A DNA stretch of 64,000 nucleotides from the human T2T-CHM13v2.0 reference genome, Homo sapiens. The first letter of the stretch is position 1. Every line of letters starts with the position of its first letter. Of this stretch, positions 14,330 to 29,338 are shown one piece after another. The position numbers and the translations under genes are program-made. The stretch lies in NCBI RefSeq assembly GCF_009914755.1, contig NC_060936.1. One strand, 5' to 3'. The notes beneath the pieces were generated by a model. It ran no database searches. It was not told where the DNA came from and saw only the letters and a program-made list of their open reading frames with translations.

Positions 14330-14957
14330 CAAGCTTTTCATGAGTTAAAAGAAAAACTCATGTCAGCCCCAGCCCTGGGGCTACCTGACCTGACAAAACT
14401 CTTTACACTCTATGTGTCAGAAAGAGAAAAAATGGCAATTGGAGTTTTAACCCAGACTGTAGGGCCCTGGCCAAGGCCAGTGGCCTATCTCTCAAAACAA
14501 CTAGACGGGGTTTCCAAAGGCTGGCCCCCATGTCTAAGGGCCCTGGCAGCAATGGCCCTGTTAGCACAAGGAGCAGATAAACTAACCCTTGGGCAAAACC
14601 TGAATATAAAGGCCCCCCCATGCTGTGGTAACTTTGATGAATACCAAAGGGCATCATAGGCTAACAAATGCTAGATTAACCAAGTACCAAAGCTTGCTAT
14701 GTAAAAATCCCCACATAACCATTGAAGTTTGCAACAACCTAAACCCCACCACCTTGCTCCCAGTATCAGAGAGCCCAGTTGAACGTAAGTGTGTAAAGGT
14801 ATTGGACTCAGTTTATTCTAGTGGGCCCAAACTCTGAGACCATCCTTGAACATCAGTAGGCTGTGAGCTGTACGTGGATGGGAGCAGCTTCACCAACCCC
14901 TGCAAAGTGACTCTGAAGAAGATGAGAAGCCCTACTCCAGTCACACCTGGAAGCTGA
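14330..14957 (+). pseudogene. pol fragment (RT connection/tether to RNase H start, joined to integrase tail)
   Basis: [22 protein letters not shown]...[26 protein letters not shown]; LYVDGSSF at 14868-14891; frameshifted. Confidence 0.88.
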
Positions 14958-14979
14958 CTGGTCCACATGTGCCCGAAGC

Positions 14980-17032
14980 ATGAGAAAACTCATTGTGGGA
15001 CTCATTTTCCTTAAAATTTGGACTCGTACAGTAAGGACTTCAACTGACCTTCCTCAGACTGATTACTATTCCCAGTGTATACATCAAGTCACTGAGGTAG
15101 GACAAAAAGTTGCTACAGTCCTATTATTTTATGGTTATCATAAGTGTACTGGGACTCTAAAAAGAACTTGTTTGTATAATGCTATTCTATACAAGGTATG
15201 TAGCCCCCAAGCTGATGTGTGTTATGACCCATCTGAGCCTCCCATGACCATAGTTTTTAAAATAAGATTAAGGACTGAGGACTAGTGAGGGCTCATAAAT
15301 GATATGAGTAAAGTGTTAGCCAAAACAGAAGAAAAAGGAGTGCCCAAACAAGTCACCTTGAAATTTGATGCCTGTGCTGTCATTAATAGTAATAAGTTAG
15401 GAATAGGATGTGGTTCTCTTAATTAGGAAAGAGGCTATATGACAGAAAATAAGTACATTTGTCATGAATTAAGACTGTGTGGAAATGAATGTGGATACTG
15501 GTCTTGTGTCATTTAGGCTACTTGGATAAAAAAATGAAAGGAATCCTGTCCATCTTCAGAAAGGGAAAAGTGACCCTTCGTGTACCAGTGGTCTGTGTAA
15601 CCCCTTAGAACTAGTAATAACCAACTCCCTTGATCCTCGCTGGAAATAAGGGGAGCATGTAACCCTAGGAATCGATGGGGCTGGACTGGATCCTCAAGTA
15701 AATATCGTGGTTTGAGGAGAAGTTTATAAACGCTCTCCTGAGCCAGTATTTCAAACCTTCTATGATGAACTAAATGTGCCAGTACCAGAAATTCCAGGAA
15801 AAACAAGAAATTTGTTTTTGCAATTAACCAAGCATGTAGCCCAGTCTCTCAATGTCACTTCATGTTATGTATGTGGAGGAACTGTAATGGGAGATCAATG
15901 GCCATGGGAAGCCTGAGAATTAGTACCTACAGACCCAGTTCCTGATGAATTCCCAGCTCAAAAGAATCACCCTGATAACTTCTGGGTCCTAAAAGCCTCA
16001 GTCATTAGACAATACTGTATAGCAAGAGTGGGGAAGGACTTCACCCTTCCTGTGGGAAGACTCAGCTGCCTTGGGCAAAAACTGTATAACAGTACTACAA
16101 AAACAGCCACCTAGTGGAGTTCAAACCACACTAAGAAAAATCCATTTAGTAAATTCCCAAAGTTGCAAACCGTGTGGACCCACCTGGAGTCCCACTGGGA
16201 CTGGACAGCCCCCACTTGATTATACTGAATATGTGGGCATAGAGCTTACACCAAATTACCCGACCAGTGGGCAGGTAGTTGTGTTATTGGCACTATTAAA
16301 CTATCTTTCTTCCTACTGCCCATAAAGACAGGTGAACTCCTGGGCTTCCCTGTCTATGCTTTCTGCAAAAAGAGAAGCATAGCTATAGAAAATTAAAAAG
16401 AAGATGAACAGCCCCCTGAGAGAATCATACAATATTATGTGCCTGGCACTTGGGCACAAGATGACTCATGGGGATACCAGACCCCCATTTACATGCTCAA
16501 CCAAATCATATGGTTACAAGCTGTCTTAAAAATAGTCACTAATAAGACTGGCAGAGCCTTGACTATTCTGGCCCAGCAAGAAACTCATATGAGAAATGCT
16601 ATCTATGAAAATAGATTGGCTCTCGACTACTTGCTAGCAGCTGAAGGAGGGATCTGTAGGAAATTTAACCTTACTAATTGCTGTCTACACGTAGATGATC
16701 AAGGGCAAGTAGTTGAAGACATAGTTAGAAATATGACAAAACTAGCACATGTGCCCGTGCAAGTGTGGCATGGATTTGATCCTGGGGCCATGTTTAGAAA
16801 ATGGTTCCCAGCACTAAGAAGATTTAAAACTCTTCAAATAGGAGTTGTAATAGTAATAGAAACCTGCTTACTGCTCCCTTGTTTGCTACCTCTACTTCTT
16901 CAAATGATAAAAAGCTTCATCGCTACCTTAGTTCATCAAAATGCTTCAGCACAAGTGTACTATATGAATCACTATTGATCTGTCTTGCAAGAAGACATGG
17001 GTAGTTAGAATGAAAGTGAGAACTCCCACTAA
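14980..17032 (+). pseudogene. HERV-E-type env, disrupted
   Basis: MRKLIVGLIFLK signal region, CYVC ~15863, degenerate furin site CKKR (16364-16375), immunosuppressive domain [20 protein letters not shown]7CC, hydrophobic anchor; many stops in SU. Confidence 0.9.
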
Positions 17033-17046
17033 TGAGTGAAGTTCTC

Positions 17047-17057
17047 AAAAGGGGGAA
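17047..17057 (+). promoter_or_regulatory. polypurine tract
   Basis: aaaagggggaa directly before the 3' LTR. Confidence 0.85.
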
Positions 17058-17524
17058 TAAAGGAGGAGACCACCCCTCATATTGTCTTATGACCAATTTC
17101 TGCCTCCAAAGAAAGAAGAAGTAAAAACTAAAAGGCAGAACTGATATCCAAAGGCAGACAGCCCAGCGCCACACCCTGGGCCTGGTAGTTAAAGATTGAC
17201 CCCTGACCTAATCGGTTGTGTTATCTATAGATTACAGACATTGTATAGAAAAGCACTGTGAAAATCCCTGTCCTGTTCTGTTCTGTTCTGTTCTAATTAC
17301 CGGTGCTTGCAGCCCCCAGTCACATACCCCCTGCTTGCTCAATCAATCACGACCCTCTCATGCAGACCCCCTTAGAGTTGTGAGTCCTTAAAAGGGACAG
17401 GAATTGCTTACTTGGGAAGCTCGGTTTTTGAGACATGAGTCTTGCTGATGCTCCTGGCCGAATAAAGCCCTTCCTTCTTTAACTCGGTGTCTGAGGGGTT
17501 TTGTCTGAGGCTCGTCCTGCTACA
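17058..17524 (+). repeat. 3' LTR (LTR2 family)
   Basis: direct repeat of 9773-10234; manual count ~24 substitutions plus one 5-bp (gttct) indel. Confidence 0.95.
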
Positions 17525-18119
17525 CTAAGATTATAATAGAAGTGACTTGCCAAATCAATTTTCTACCTCTGTTTCACCACTGTATGGAAAAGCAGGTGAC
17601 AAGACTGTGGCACAGAGGAAACAGGAATGCTGTTTTCTCACTGAGGCTGTTCAGAGCTTCAGTTGTCTGATTTCCTCAGCTGTGAATCTCTTTATGCACC
17701 CAGCCCCCTACCAGCTTCATAAAAATCAGGCTCCCAGGGAAGACCACAGCACAGTAGGATCCAATCTAAGAAGTGGATGTTCAAAAAATAAGGCAACATT
17801 TGCATGTGTAGAATATGTTTTTTGAGAAATATCATCATGAATTTCTTTTTAGGGCAGTGGGGCATTCAAACACTCAACTTGACAACCGACAATACCTTCA
17901 AAGAGAACATGCTGATTATAATAGTCAGATTTTCAGAAAACCTGAGGGCCAATTGCAATGCACTGAGTATTGTTTAAATGTGGATTGCATTCCACTAGAT
18001 AGTTGTTAAATACCAACTCTATACAAGGTATCATGAGGATCACAGGCTGAGTAAAATAGTCCTTTCCCTTAAGACACACATCCTCACAGAATAGAGATGA
18101 TGGTAGTAGTAAAATTAAC

Positions 18120-18330
18120 CCTGACTAATATTTCCTGAGTGTTTACCATGTGTCAGATGCTTGATATGCATTATCTTCTATAATCTTTATGACAACCACA
18201 AGAAGTAAGGATTGTTTATTTCTTCATTTGCAGATAAAGAAACCAAAGCCAGAAGAAAGACAGTGGTGAAACCAAGATTCAAATTCCAAAAGTTGGACAC
18301 CACCAAAGTTCCCACTCCTAAGCATTCTAT
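18120..18330 (-). mobile_element. MIR
   Basis: cttcatttgcagataaagaaaccaaagccaga resembles the MIR core. Confidence 0.6.
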
Positions 18331-18337
18331 TTATTAC

Positions 18338-18380
<43 letters not shown>

Positions 18381-18462
18381 TTGAGTACAGAGTCTGACCC
18401 TGTCACCCAGGCTGGCGTGTATTGGCACAATCATGGCTCACTGCAGCCTGATGCCCCTAGGC
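18330..18462 (-). mobile_element. (TAT)n microsatellite tail with truncated AluJ 3' fragment
   Basis: ~16 TAT units followed by antisense Alu 3' end. Confidence 0.85.
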
Positions 18463-18488
18463 GTTCTGCTATATTGCATCCATTATCA

Positions 18489-18959
<471 letters not shown>

Positions 18960-20625
18960 TTATTCTTGCTCTTCAAACTTCCAACACCTTTGTTACTCTC
19001 CTTCTAGCTGCTGAGAGTCTTATTGTTTTGCTGAGAAAATAGAGGCAATCAGAAAAGAATTTCCAAAGAGTCCCAAGACTACATCAACAAACTTCTCTCC
19101 AATGTCCCCATGTACTCTGCCCACACTTTCTATGATGGAGGAACTTTCCATACTCCTATCTATGGCTAGCCCCTTCACCAGACACTGGGTCCCAGGCTTT
19201 CTCACCTTCTCAAGGACACTAATGACACTGCTTCAGCAAATGTCCCCTCTCTCCTGTGTTATCCATCATTATTCCTATTATCATGAAATTTGCCCTACCT
19301 AGCTCATTAAAAACAAACCTCCCTGTACCACATCATCCCTTTAAGCTACCTCCCTATTTTACTTTCTCATGACAGCAAAGTTTTTCTAAACTAAAGGACT
19401 GTTGTAACTCACTGCCTGTACTTCCTTACTTTTTTTCTGTCTTGAAAAATCTCCATTCAGGCTGTAACCACTTCACCAACACAATGTGAAAAACTGTGCT
19501 TATCAACTTCCCCCCTGTCCAATGGCAAAATTCAAATGTCAGTTACTCAACACAGTTGATTATTCTCTTCTCCTTGAAATCTTTTCTTCACTCAGCTTCC
19601 AGAGATCCCTTCTCCCTCATGGATAACTCTTCTCAGTCTCCTTGGCTGATTCCTCCTTATCATCTCACTTCTGACCATTGGAGCACCACAGTTTGTCCTT
19701 CTCTACCTATTCTTATTCCTTGGTGGTCTCATCTAGGCCTGTGGCTTCAAATATTATCTATATTATCTATATACAAATCCCAAGTGTGTATCTCCAGCAC
19801 AGACACTTCCTGAATTCAATAAGCATATATCCAATTGTTTATATCTCAACACCTCTACTCAGACAGCTAATAAGCATGCAAGAGATATGTTCAAAAACAT
19901 GATTCTAATCACATTCCAGGCCACTTACTCTGGCTACCTTACCCCTCCCTGTCAATAGCAATTTCATTACTCCAGTTGTTCAGGTCAAAATAATTGAAGT
20001 CATTTTTCACTCTTCTATTTTCATTCAGCAAATCCTATTAATCGTAGCTACAAGTTGTAACCAAGGGTCCAATCATTCTCTACACCCTCATCACTACCAC
20101 TCTTGTCCAAACCACCAGCATCTCTCAACTTCATTTCTGTTACTTCCTCAGCTGATCTCACTGTTTTCATCTTTGCCCCTCTAGAGCCTATCTCCAGCCA
20201 ACAGCCATCAATCCTTTTCAAATCTAAATAAGATCATGATACTCTTTTGTTCAAAGCCCTCCGACAACTTCTTTTATCATCAGAACAAAATCCAAAGTCC
20301 TTAGGATGAACTACAAAGCACAACTTGACTCAAGGTGGGGGGCACCACCCACTCACCCACCTCAAGCTCACCTTCCCTCACTCTCCCCCTTCCTCACTGT
20401 GCTCCAGCCACATCCACCAACTCTCACTCCTTGAACTCAACAAACACATTTCTTCAAGGCCTTTTCCCTTGCTATTAAGCCTCAAAAGCTCTCCCTCCAA
20501 TCAAGTCTTAACTCAAGTTTCTTCTTATTTGGAAAAGTAACCCTCAAAACCTTATCCAAGAAAAGCACCATCTTTGTTATTTTCTGTTACTTTATTTTGC
20601 TTTGATTCCTAAAACTTACCACTTA
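18960..20625 (+). mobile_element. L2 fragment(s)
   Basis: CT-rich decayed L2 ORF2-like sequence (ctgagaaaatagaggcaatcag; ctccagttgttcaggtcaaaa; aacaaaatccaaagtcctta). Confidence 0.7.
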
Positions 20626-20628
20626 TCT

Positions 20629-20630
<2 letters not shown>

Positions 20631-20678
<48 letters not shown>
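20631..20678. repeat. (AGAT)12 tetranucleotide STR
   Basis: perfect repeat, counted directly. Confidence 0.97.
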
Positions 20679-20679
<1 letters not shown>

Positions 20680-21230
20680 TGGAGAAAGACCCTCAACAAA
20701 TGCTTATTAGTTTAATAAAAAGAGATTCATTGAAGATTTCTTAGTCAGATGAGAATCTAGATGTTGTTTCATGAATATACCGTGGCAGCAGTGCGTCAAC
20801 TAGATTTGAGTGGACAAGAAGCTGTAATTAGGGAGACAAGTCAGAAGGCACTTGCAACTCAGACCTGCTAAGCCAGTATACTTGCAGTGGTGAGGGAGAA
20901 CGAACACAAAAATTAGCCTATTTTCTAGCCTGCTTTGTCACTTCCCTGTGCCTACAAGAGCTGCTCTTTCCCCTATTGCAATCCTTCTATCATATTAGCC
21001 AGGAAATGTACTTCTGCTATAAAAAAAGTTAGTGACTTCAAATCTGAACTCCCAAGACATTAGTCAAAATACAGGTGGCCCCACTCTATCTCTTCAGATT
21101 TCCCACTACTCCCCAGGATTAAACCTCTGCTTTATTTAGACCGGTCTCCTTATAATACTATAAACTATGATTTGCTGTACTGGGACCAGATTTGATTCAT
21201 TATTGGGTCCCTAGCACCTAATGCAAAGTG

Positions 21231-21311
21231 CAAACTCCTGACCTCAGTTGATCCACCTGCCTCAGCCTCCTAAAGTGCCAGGATTACAGGCATGAGCCAC
21301 CGCACCCAGCC
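21231..21311 (-). mobile_element. Alu 5' fragment
   Basis: caaactcctgacctcag...gagccaccgcacccagcc. Confidence 0.85.
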
Positions 21312-21738
21312 TTTCACACGTATTGAAACTTCTACCTGGGATGTTCTCTCCCTGTCTTTAATCACAATCATATAAAAATTATATTCATCAATTGGGCAAG
21401 ATCTAATTTAAATCAAATCTTGTCTCTGAAGACTTCTCTGGCTATATCAGCCCATCTTAGAACACAATGTATTTATGGTCCCTACCTCCCAATTTAACAT
21501 TATCCACAGCATGCTGGTATTATTCAGTAAATAACTCATGTATGTTATTCTTATTTTCTTAACTTAATCACTTTATTTAAGAAGCATTTCTTCACTCCCA
21601 AGACTAGAATAATGCTTCCATTGCACCCTATCTTATCATTATGTGGCATTAATCACCATGTAATCAAAATCTTGTAATTACCTTTTAAGCAAATCTCAAT
21701 TCCCCACTAATTACAAACTAATTGAGAGCACAGAGTGG

Positions 21739-22025
21739 GGCCGAGCACAGTGGCTCATGCTTTTAATCCCAACACTTTAAGTGGCCAAGGCAGTAAGATC
21801 CATTGAGCCCAAGAGTTCAAGACCAGCCTGGGCAACAAAACAAACAAACAAACAAAAAATTAGCTGGACACAGTGGCATGCATCTGTAGTCCCAGCTACT
21901 CAGGAGGCTGAGGTGGGAAGATCCCTTGAACCCAGGAGTTCAAGGTTGCAGTGAGGTGTGATCACATCACTGCACTCCAGCTCGGGTGACAGAGCAAGAT
22001 CTTGTCTTTAAGATTAAAAAAAAAA
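21739..22025 (+). mobile_element. Alu (J-type)
   Basis: diverged dimer, TSD agagca(c/t)aga(g/t)tg. Confidence 0.92.
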
Positions 22026-22471
22026 GAGCATAGATTGAGCCTTGTTCAAGGTTATAACCCCTGAAACAGTGCATAGCATATAAAAACAAATAATAATCAC
22101 TGACTAAATGAATAAAGCTCCTAAAATAAAGGATTATATCTGATACAAGGGCCACAGCACTTTGCACTCAAATTCTTTAACATCTAAGGCATTCATTTTC
22201 TTCATTTCTACAATATATTTTACCCTCAAAAAACTGGGTATAGAAGAAACATATCTGAACATAATAAAACCATATATGATAAACCCACAGCTAGTATCAT
22301 AGTGAATGGAGAAAAACTGAAAGCCTTTCCTCTAATATCTGGAACATGACAAGGATGCTCAGTGTCACCACTGTTATTCAACGTAGTACTGGGAGTCATA
22401 GCTAGAGTAATCAGACAAGAGAAAGAAATAACGAGCATCCAAATTGGAAAGGAAGAAGTCAAATTATTCTT

Positions 22472-23515
<1,044 letters not shown>

Positions 23516-25429
23516 AAGTCAAATTATTCTTGTTTGCAGATGATATAATCTTATATTTGGGAAAACCTAAAGATTTTACCAAAAAACTATTAGAACTGAT
23601 TAACAATTCAGTAAAGTTGCAGTATACAAAATCAACATACAAAAATCAGTAGCATTTCTATATGCTAACAGTGAACAATCTGAAAACAAAATAAAAAAGT
23701 AATCTCATTTGCAATGGCCACAAATGAAACTAAATACCTAGGAATTAACCAAAGAAGTGAAAGATCTCTCTAATGAAAATTATAAAACACTGATGAAAGC
23801 AATTGAAAAGGACACCAAAAAAATGGAAAGATATTCCATGTTCATGGATTGGAAGAATCAATATTGTTAAAATGTCCATAATACCCAAAGTAATCTACAG
23901 ATTCAATGCAATCTCTATGGAAATACCAATAACAGTCTTCACATAAATAGAAAAAACAATCCTAAAATTTATATAGAACCACAAAAGACCCAGGATACTC
24001 AAAGCTATTCTAAGCAAAAAGAACAAAACTGGAGGAATCACATTACCTGACTTCAAATTATGTTACACAGCTATAGTAAACAAAACAGCATAGTACTGGC
24101 ATAAAAACAGACACATAGACCAAAGGAACAGAAAGATAACCCAGAAACAAATCTATACATTTATAGTGAACTCATTTTCAATGAAGGTGTCAAGACTACA
24201 CACTGGGGAAAAGACAGTCTCTTCAATAAATGGTGCTGGGAAAACTGGATATCCATATGCAGGGAAAGAAATTAAACCCCTCTCTCATCGTATACAAAAA
24301 TGAAATAAAAATGGATTAAAGACTTAAATCTAAGACCTTGAACTATGAAACTACTACAAGAAAACATTAAAGAAACTCTCCAGAACATTGGTCTGGGCAA
24401 ACATTTCTTGAGTAATACCCTACAAGCACAGACAACCAAAGCAAAAATGAACAAATGGGATCACATCAAATTAAAAAGCTTCTGCACAGCAAAGGAAACA
24501 ATCAAAGTGAAGAGACAATCCACAGAGTGGGAGAAAATATTTGCAAACTACCCATCTGACACGGGATTAATAATCAGAATATATAAGGAACTCAAACAAC
24601 TCTATATGAAAAAAATCTAATAATCTGATCAAAAAATAAGCAAAAGATTTGAATAGACATTTCTCAAAAGAAGACATACAAATGGCAAGCAGGCATATGA
24701 AAAGATGCTCAACGTCATTTATCATCAGAGAAATGCAAATAAAAACTACAATGAGATTTCACCTCACCCCAGTTAAAATGGCTTATATCCAAAAGGCAGG
24801 TGATAAAAAATGCTAGGGATGTGGAGAAAAGGGAACCCTCATACACTCTTGGTGGGCATGTAAATTATTAATTGTACAGCCACTATGGATAATAGTTTGG
24901 AGATTCCCCAAAAAACTAAAAACAGAGCTACCATATGATCCAACAATCCACTGCTAGGTATATATCCAAAAGAAAGAAAACCAATATGTGAAAGAGGCAT
25001 CTACACCCCCATGTTTGTTACAACACTGTTCACAATAACCAAGATTTGGAAACAACCTAAAGTGTCCATCCACAGGTGAATGAATAAAGAAAATGTAGTA
25101 CTATACACAGTGCAGTACTATTCAGCCATAAAAAAGAATGAAATCCTGTCATTTGCAACAACATGGATGGAACTGAAAGTCATTATGTTAAGTGAAATAA
25201 GCCAGGCACAGAAAGGCAAACAGTGTATTTTCTCACTTATTTGTGGGATATAAAAATCAAAACAATTGAACTCATGGAAATATAGAATAGAAGGATGGTT
25301 TCCAGAGTCTGGGAAGGGTAGTGAAGCAGTGGGAGAGAGGTGGGGATGGTTAATGGGCCCCAAAAAAATAGAAAGAATGAATAATCTACTACTTGATAAT
25401 ACAACAGGGAGACTATAGTCTAATAATTT

Positions 25430-25435
25430 ATTTAT

Positions 25436-25473
<38 letters not shown>

Positions 25474-25736
25474 GAGACAGGGTCTTACTCTTATTGCCCA
25501 GGCTGGCTTACTGCAACCTTGACCTTCTGGGCTCAGGAGATCCTCCCATGTCTGGTTCCCAAGTAGCTGGGACTACAAGTGTGCACCGCCACACTCAGCT
25601 AATTTTTAAATTTTTTTGTATAGACAGGATTTCATCATGTTGCCTAGGCTGGTCTCGAACTCCTGGGCTCAAATGATCCACCCACCTCAGCCTCTCAAAG
25701 TTCTGGGATTACAGGCACGAGCCACCTCACCCAGCC
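25430..25736 (-). mobile_element. Alu (J-type) in the L1 3' UTR
   Basis: antisense dimer with (tat)n tail, TSD ctatagtc(t)aataatt. Confidence 0.9.
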
Positions 25737-25748
25737 TATAGTCAATAA

Positions 25749-26004
25749 TTTTCTTTTTTTTTAGACGGAGTCTCACTCTGTCAACCTCCACCTCCCTGGG
25801 TTCAAGCGATTCTCCCGCCTCAGCCTCCTGAGTAGCTGGGATTACAGGCATGCATCACCAAGCCTGGCTAATTTTTTTTATTTTTAGTAGAGACGGGGTT
25901 TCACCATGTCGACCAGGCTGGTCTTGAACCCCTGACCCCAAATGATCTGCCCGCCTCAGCCTCCCAAAGTGCTGGGATTACAGGCATAAGCCACCATGCC
26001 TGGC
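25749..26004 (-). mobile_element. Alu (S-type) with internal deletion
   Basis: antisense dimer, TSD tatagtcaataat. Confidence 0.9.
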
Positions 26005-26801
26005 CATATAGTCAATAATAATTTAATTGTACATTTTTAAATAACCAAAAGAGTATAATTGAATTGTTTATAACACAAATAATAAATGCTTGAAGGGATG
26101 GATACCCCATTCTCCACAATGTGCTTATTTCACATTACGTGCCTATATCAAAATATCCCATGTATCATATAAATATATACACCTACCATATACCCGCAAA
26201 AATTAAAAATTAAAAAAAGTTTTAAATAAAATAAATTTTAGAACTCAGACAAGTCACCTCTACTATAATTGTAATAACAAAAGCTTTCATGAGCTTTGCT
26301 CAAAAGTATTTTTTTATTCATCCATTTTCATTCAATAAACAAAAATTTATTGAGTACACTGTACTAAAAACTGTGTGAAATAGGAAAGCAGGTAAAGCAG
26401 GGAGTCTGCTCTCAAAGAATAGGCAAGATAAACATGTACACAAATATTTACAAGGCAATATTTTACTACAGGAATTCAAAAGACTGAAAGATTCATTATG
26501 GCTGATACAATTACAAAAAACTCCAAAAGATCCAAGTAGGACCTTTTGAAAGATAAATAGAATCACACTAGGTGACCACTAGGATCTTTCAAGTTACAGA
26601 GAACGGCTTGAGAAAAGCACTAAGCCAGGCTTTGAATCTAAGTGTCTGACTTAAAACCTTTAACCACTACATGACACTGCCCCTTAACAGGGAGCACAAC
26701 CCGCATCCAACTATTCAATTATCCCAGAGTTTGATGTTTGAAGACATTGCCTGTCCTCCCCTCCCACTTCTTTCCTCTCTCCTTCTCTTATCTCCCTCAC
26801 C

Positions 26802-26814
26802 TCTCTCTCTCTCA

Positions 26815-26851
<37 letters not shown>
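26802..26851. repeat. (CT)n(CA)n compound microsatellite
   Basis: direct reading. Confidence 0.92.
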
Positions 26852-26854
<3 letters not shown>

Positions 26855-27904
26855 CATTCACTTGAACTAAAAACATTGAAAGCATTATTTTTAAAAAATG
26901 AAAGAAAAACATTTTCCCACTCCCATTCTTAACCTTTAAATATCAGTTTATTTCTAGTAAAAGGTCTTGGTGGCTGAATCATCCTGATAATGGCTTAGAT
27001 TTGCTGCTACATACATGTAGTCACAGCCTCCCTCTAGACTCACTCCCTGACAACTTCTGTAAGGAAAATGAGCTCTATGGAATAGAAATGATATTAGTCA
27101 TGCTCATTTCATCCCAGAGATTTCAACTATCCCATGTTCTAAAATTGTCAAGATTTTATTTTCAACCGTCGTTTCCTATTTTATGGGCAAAGTTCCCAGC
27201 ATCTTCAGGGAGGGCAAGTTTCACACCTCAGGACTAACTGCCAGATTGGTGGGAGACCTTTCATTGAATTTAATACCCAAATAAATTAAGGTTTTCAAAG
27301 TTGACGTAAAACCTCATTAGGCAAACATTGGTAACACAGAGAAGAATCTTATAATAGATCTCATTCCGTTTATTCCATTCCCAGATTTGCTACTGAAGTC
27401 TTTAATAATTTTTAGATTGTCTCAGATGGAGACACACAGATAATTAGTTAATGCAAACAAAATATTGACACATGGTTTTAAAAATAAAGAGAAACAGGAT
27501 ATGAGAGGATATAAGCCCTTGCAGCAGAAAATAATACAAGACAAACAGCAGCCTCCATGCAGCCCAGCCTCAACTTCCATTTTCTGAACATACGTACATT
27601 TCCTCAAATAACAAAGTCATAACCATTGTTATACTTTAAAAACTACCTACCTTCCTCTGTCCTTTCCCTGCTCCCTCCCCTAAAGAGCAATTCAGTGGAT
27701 GGTTCTATACATCAACTAGGTTTGTGGCACCACTGTAGGTTTACAGTTCAAACTGTTTTTCTAGAGAGAGCTAAGGAAGAGGCTAACAGAAGTTCTCTGG
27801 TTAACCTTGTCCTCACTCTTACAGGGCCACCTCCAAGTAGGGCGAGGAGGAGACCCATTAGGCTCTGTGGGAGCCAAGACTGCCTTGTCTGGCAGCCTCA
27901 GGTT

Positions 27905-28045
27905 GGCATTGAGATCTGGATTGTCACTCCCTATGTGGCCTTGGGTACAGTATGGTATTGAAACTCCCTCTGCTTCAGTTTCCTTGTGAATAAAACCTAG
28001 ATGATACTTACCCTATAGGACTTTCCTATGGATTAAACAAAATTT
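27905..28045 (+). mobile_element. MIR
   Basis: tatgtggccttgggta...ctctgcttcagtttccttgtgaataaaa...ggattaaa. Confidence 0.6.
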
Positions 28046-28334
28046 GTTTAAAAATCAAAGTGTCAGAGATATGGAAGCATCCAAAGAGCAGTAACTACTA
28101 GATTATACTAACAAGCTCTACTAGTGAAACTTTCTTCCCTCTCTTAAGTATTTCTCCCATTTCCTGTGATTCAGGACAGTATCAACGGGTCTTTGCTCTC
28201 TCTAGGTCACACTGCCTCTTTAGAGTTTCTTCTACCCTGCCCCTCTTTTTTGTCAAAACAACCTATCCTCACATTCCTAGTTCATCTGCTCTCACCATGG
28301 GGGTTACCTCCCTTTTCTGTTTTGCATTTTGTCT

Positions 28335-28505
28335 TTAATAATATATTTATTATGTTCATAGATATATGTTTAATAATATATAATAACCTATATTATATAG
28401 GTAATATATAGGTAATATATTATATAGGTAATATATTATATATATGTTATATAATATATAATAACCTATATTATTTATAATAATATAAAATAACCTATAT
28501 TTTTT
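28335..28505. repeat. AT-rich low-complexity (TA) tract
   Basis: repeated ataacctatatt / tatataggtaatat units in both orientations. Confidence 0.85.
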
Positions 28506-28968
28506 AGCTCCTGACAGTTTACAAGCACTATCACAGCCCAGTTCTCACCTGATCCTCCTCATGGTCCCATGAGAGAAGCAGAATGGATATTGTTTTTCTT
28601 CATCTTACCTAAAGAAATTGAGGGTCCAAGTGATGAAGGGATTTGCTCAAGGTCATACTGAGAGAGAAAGAGGCAGAGTTCTAGAGCTGAGGATACAACA
28701 GGGGGCACCAATGCCTCTGCCGTCAGGGAGCTTTCATTTTAACTACAATACATTTATCAAAAATAAATTAATTATTACATAATAAATCAATGATTTATAA
28801 TGCCAGGGAGTTATAACTGCTATAGAAAATAACAAAGCCGGATAAGGGGATAAAGAGAAAGTGACTGTATTGAAGTGAATGGGGAGAGTCATTTAGATAG
28901 GACATTCAGAGAAAACCTCTTTTGAGCAGTTGAGGAAGTGAGTCATGTGAATATCCATAGACAGGTCA

Positions 28969-29338
<370 letters not shown>

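Larger units (their letters stand above)
9773..17524 (+). mobile_element. complete Harlequin/HERV-E-type (LTR2) mosaic endogenous retrovirus, coding-defective
   Basis: two ~465-bp direct LTRs, tRNA-Glu PBS, gag/pol/env remnants, polypurine tract, imperfect 4-bp TSD ctac/ctaa. Confidence 0.93.
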
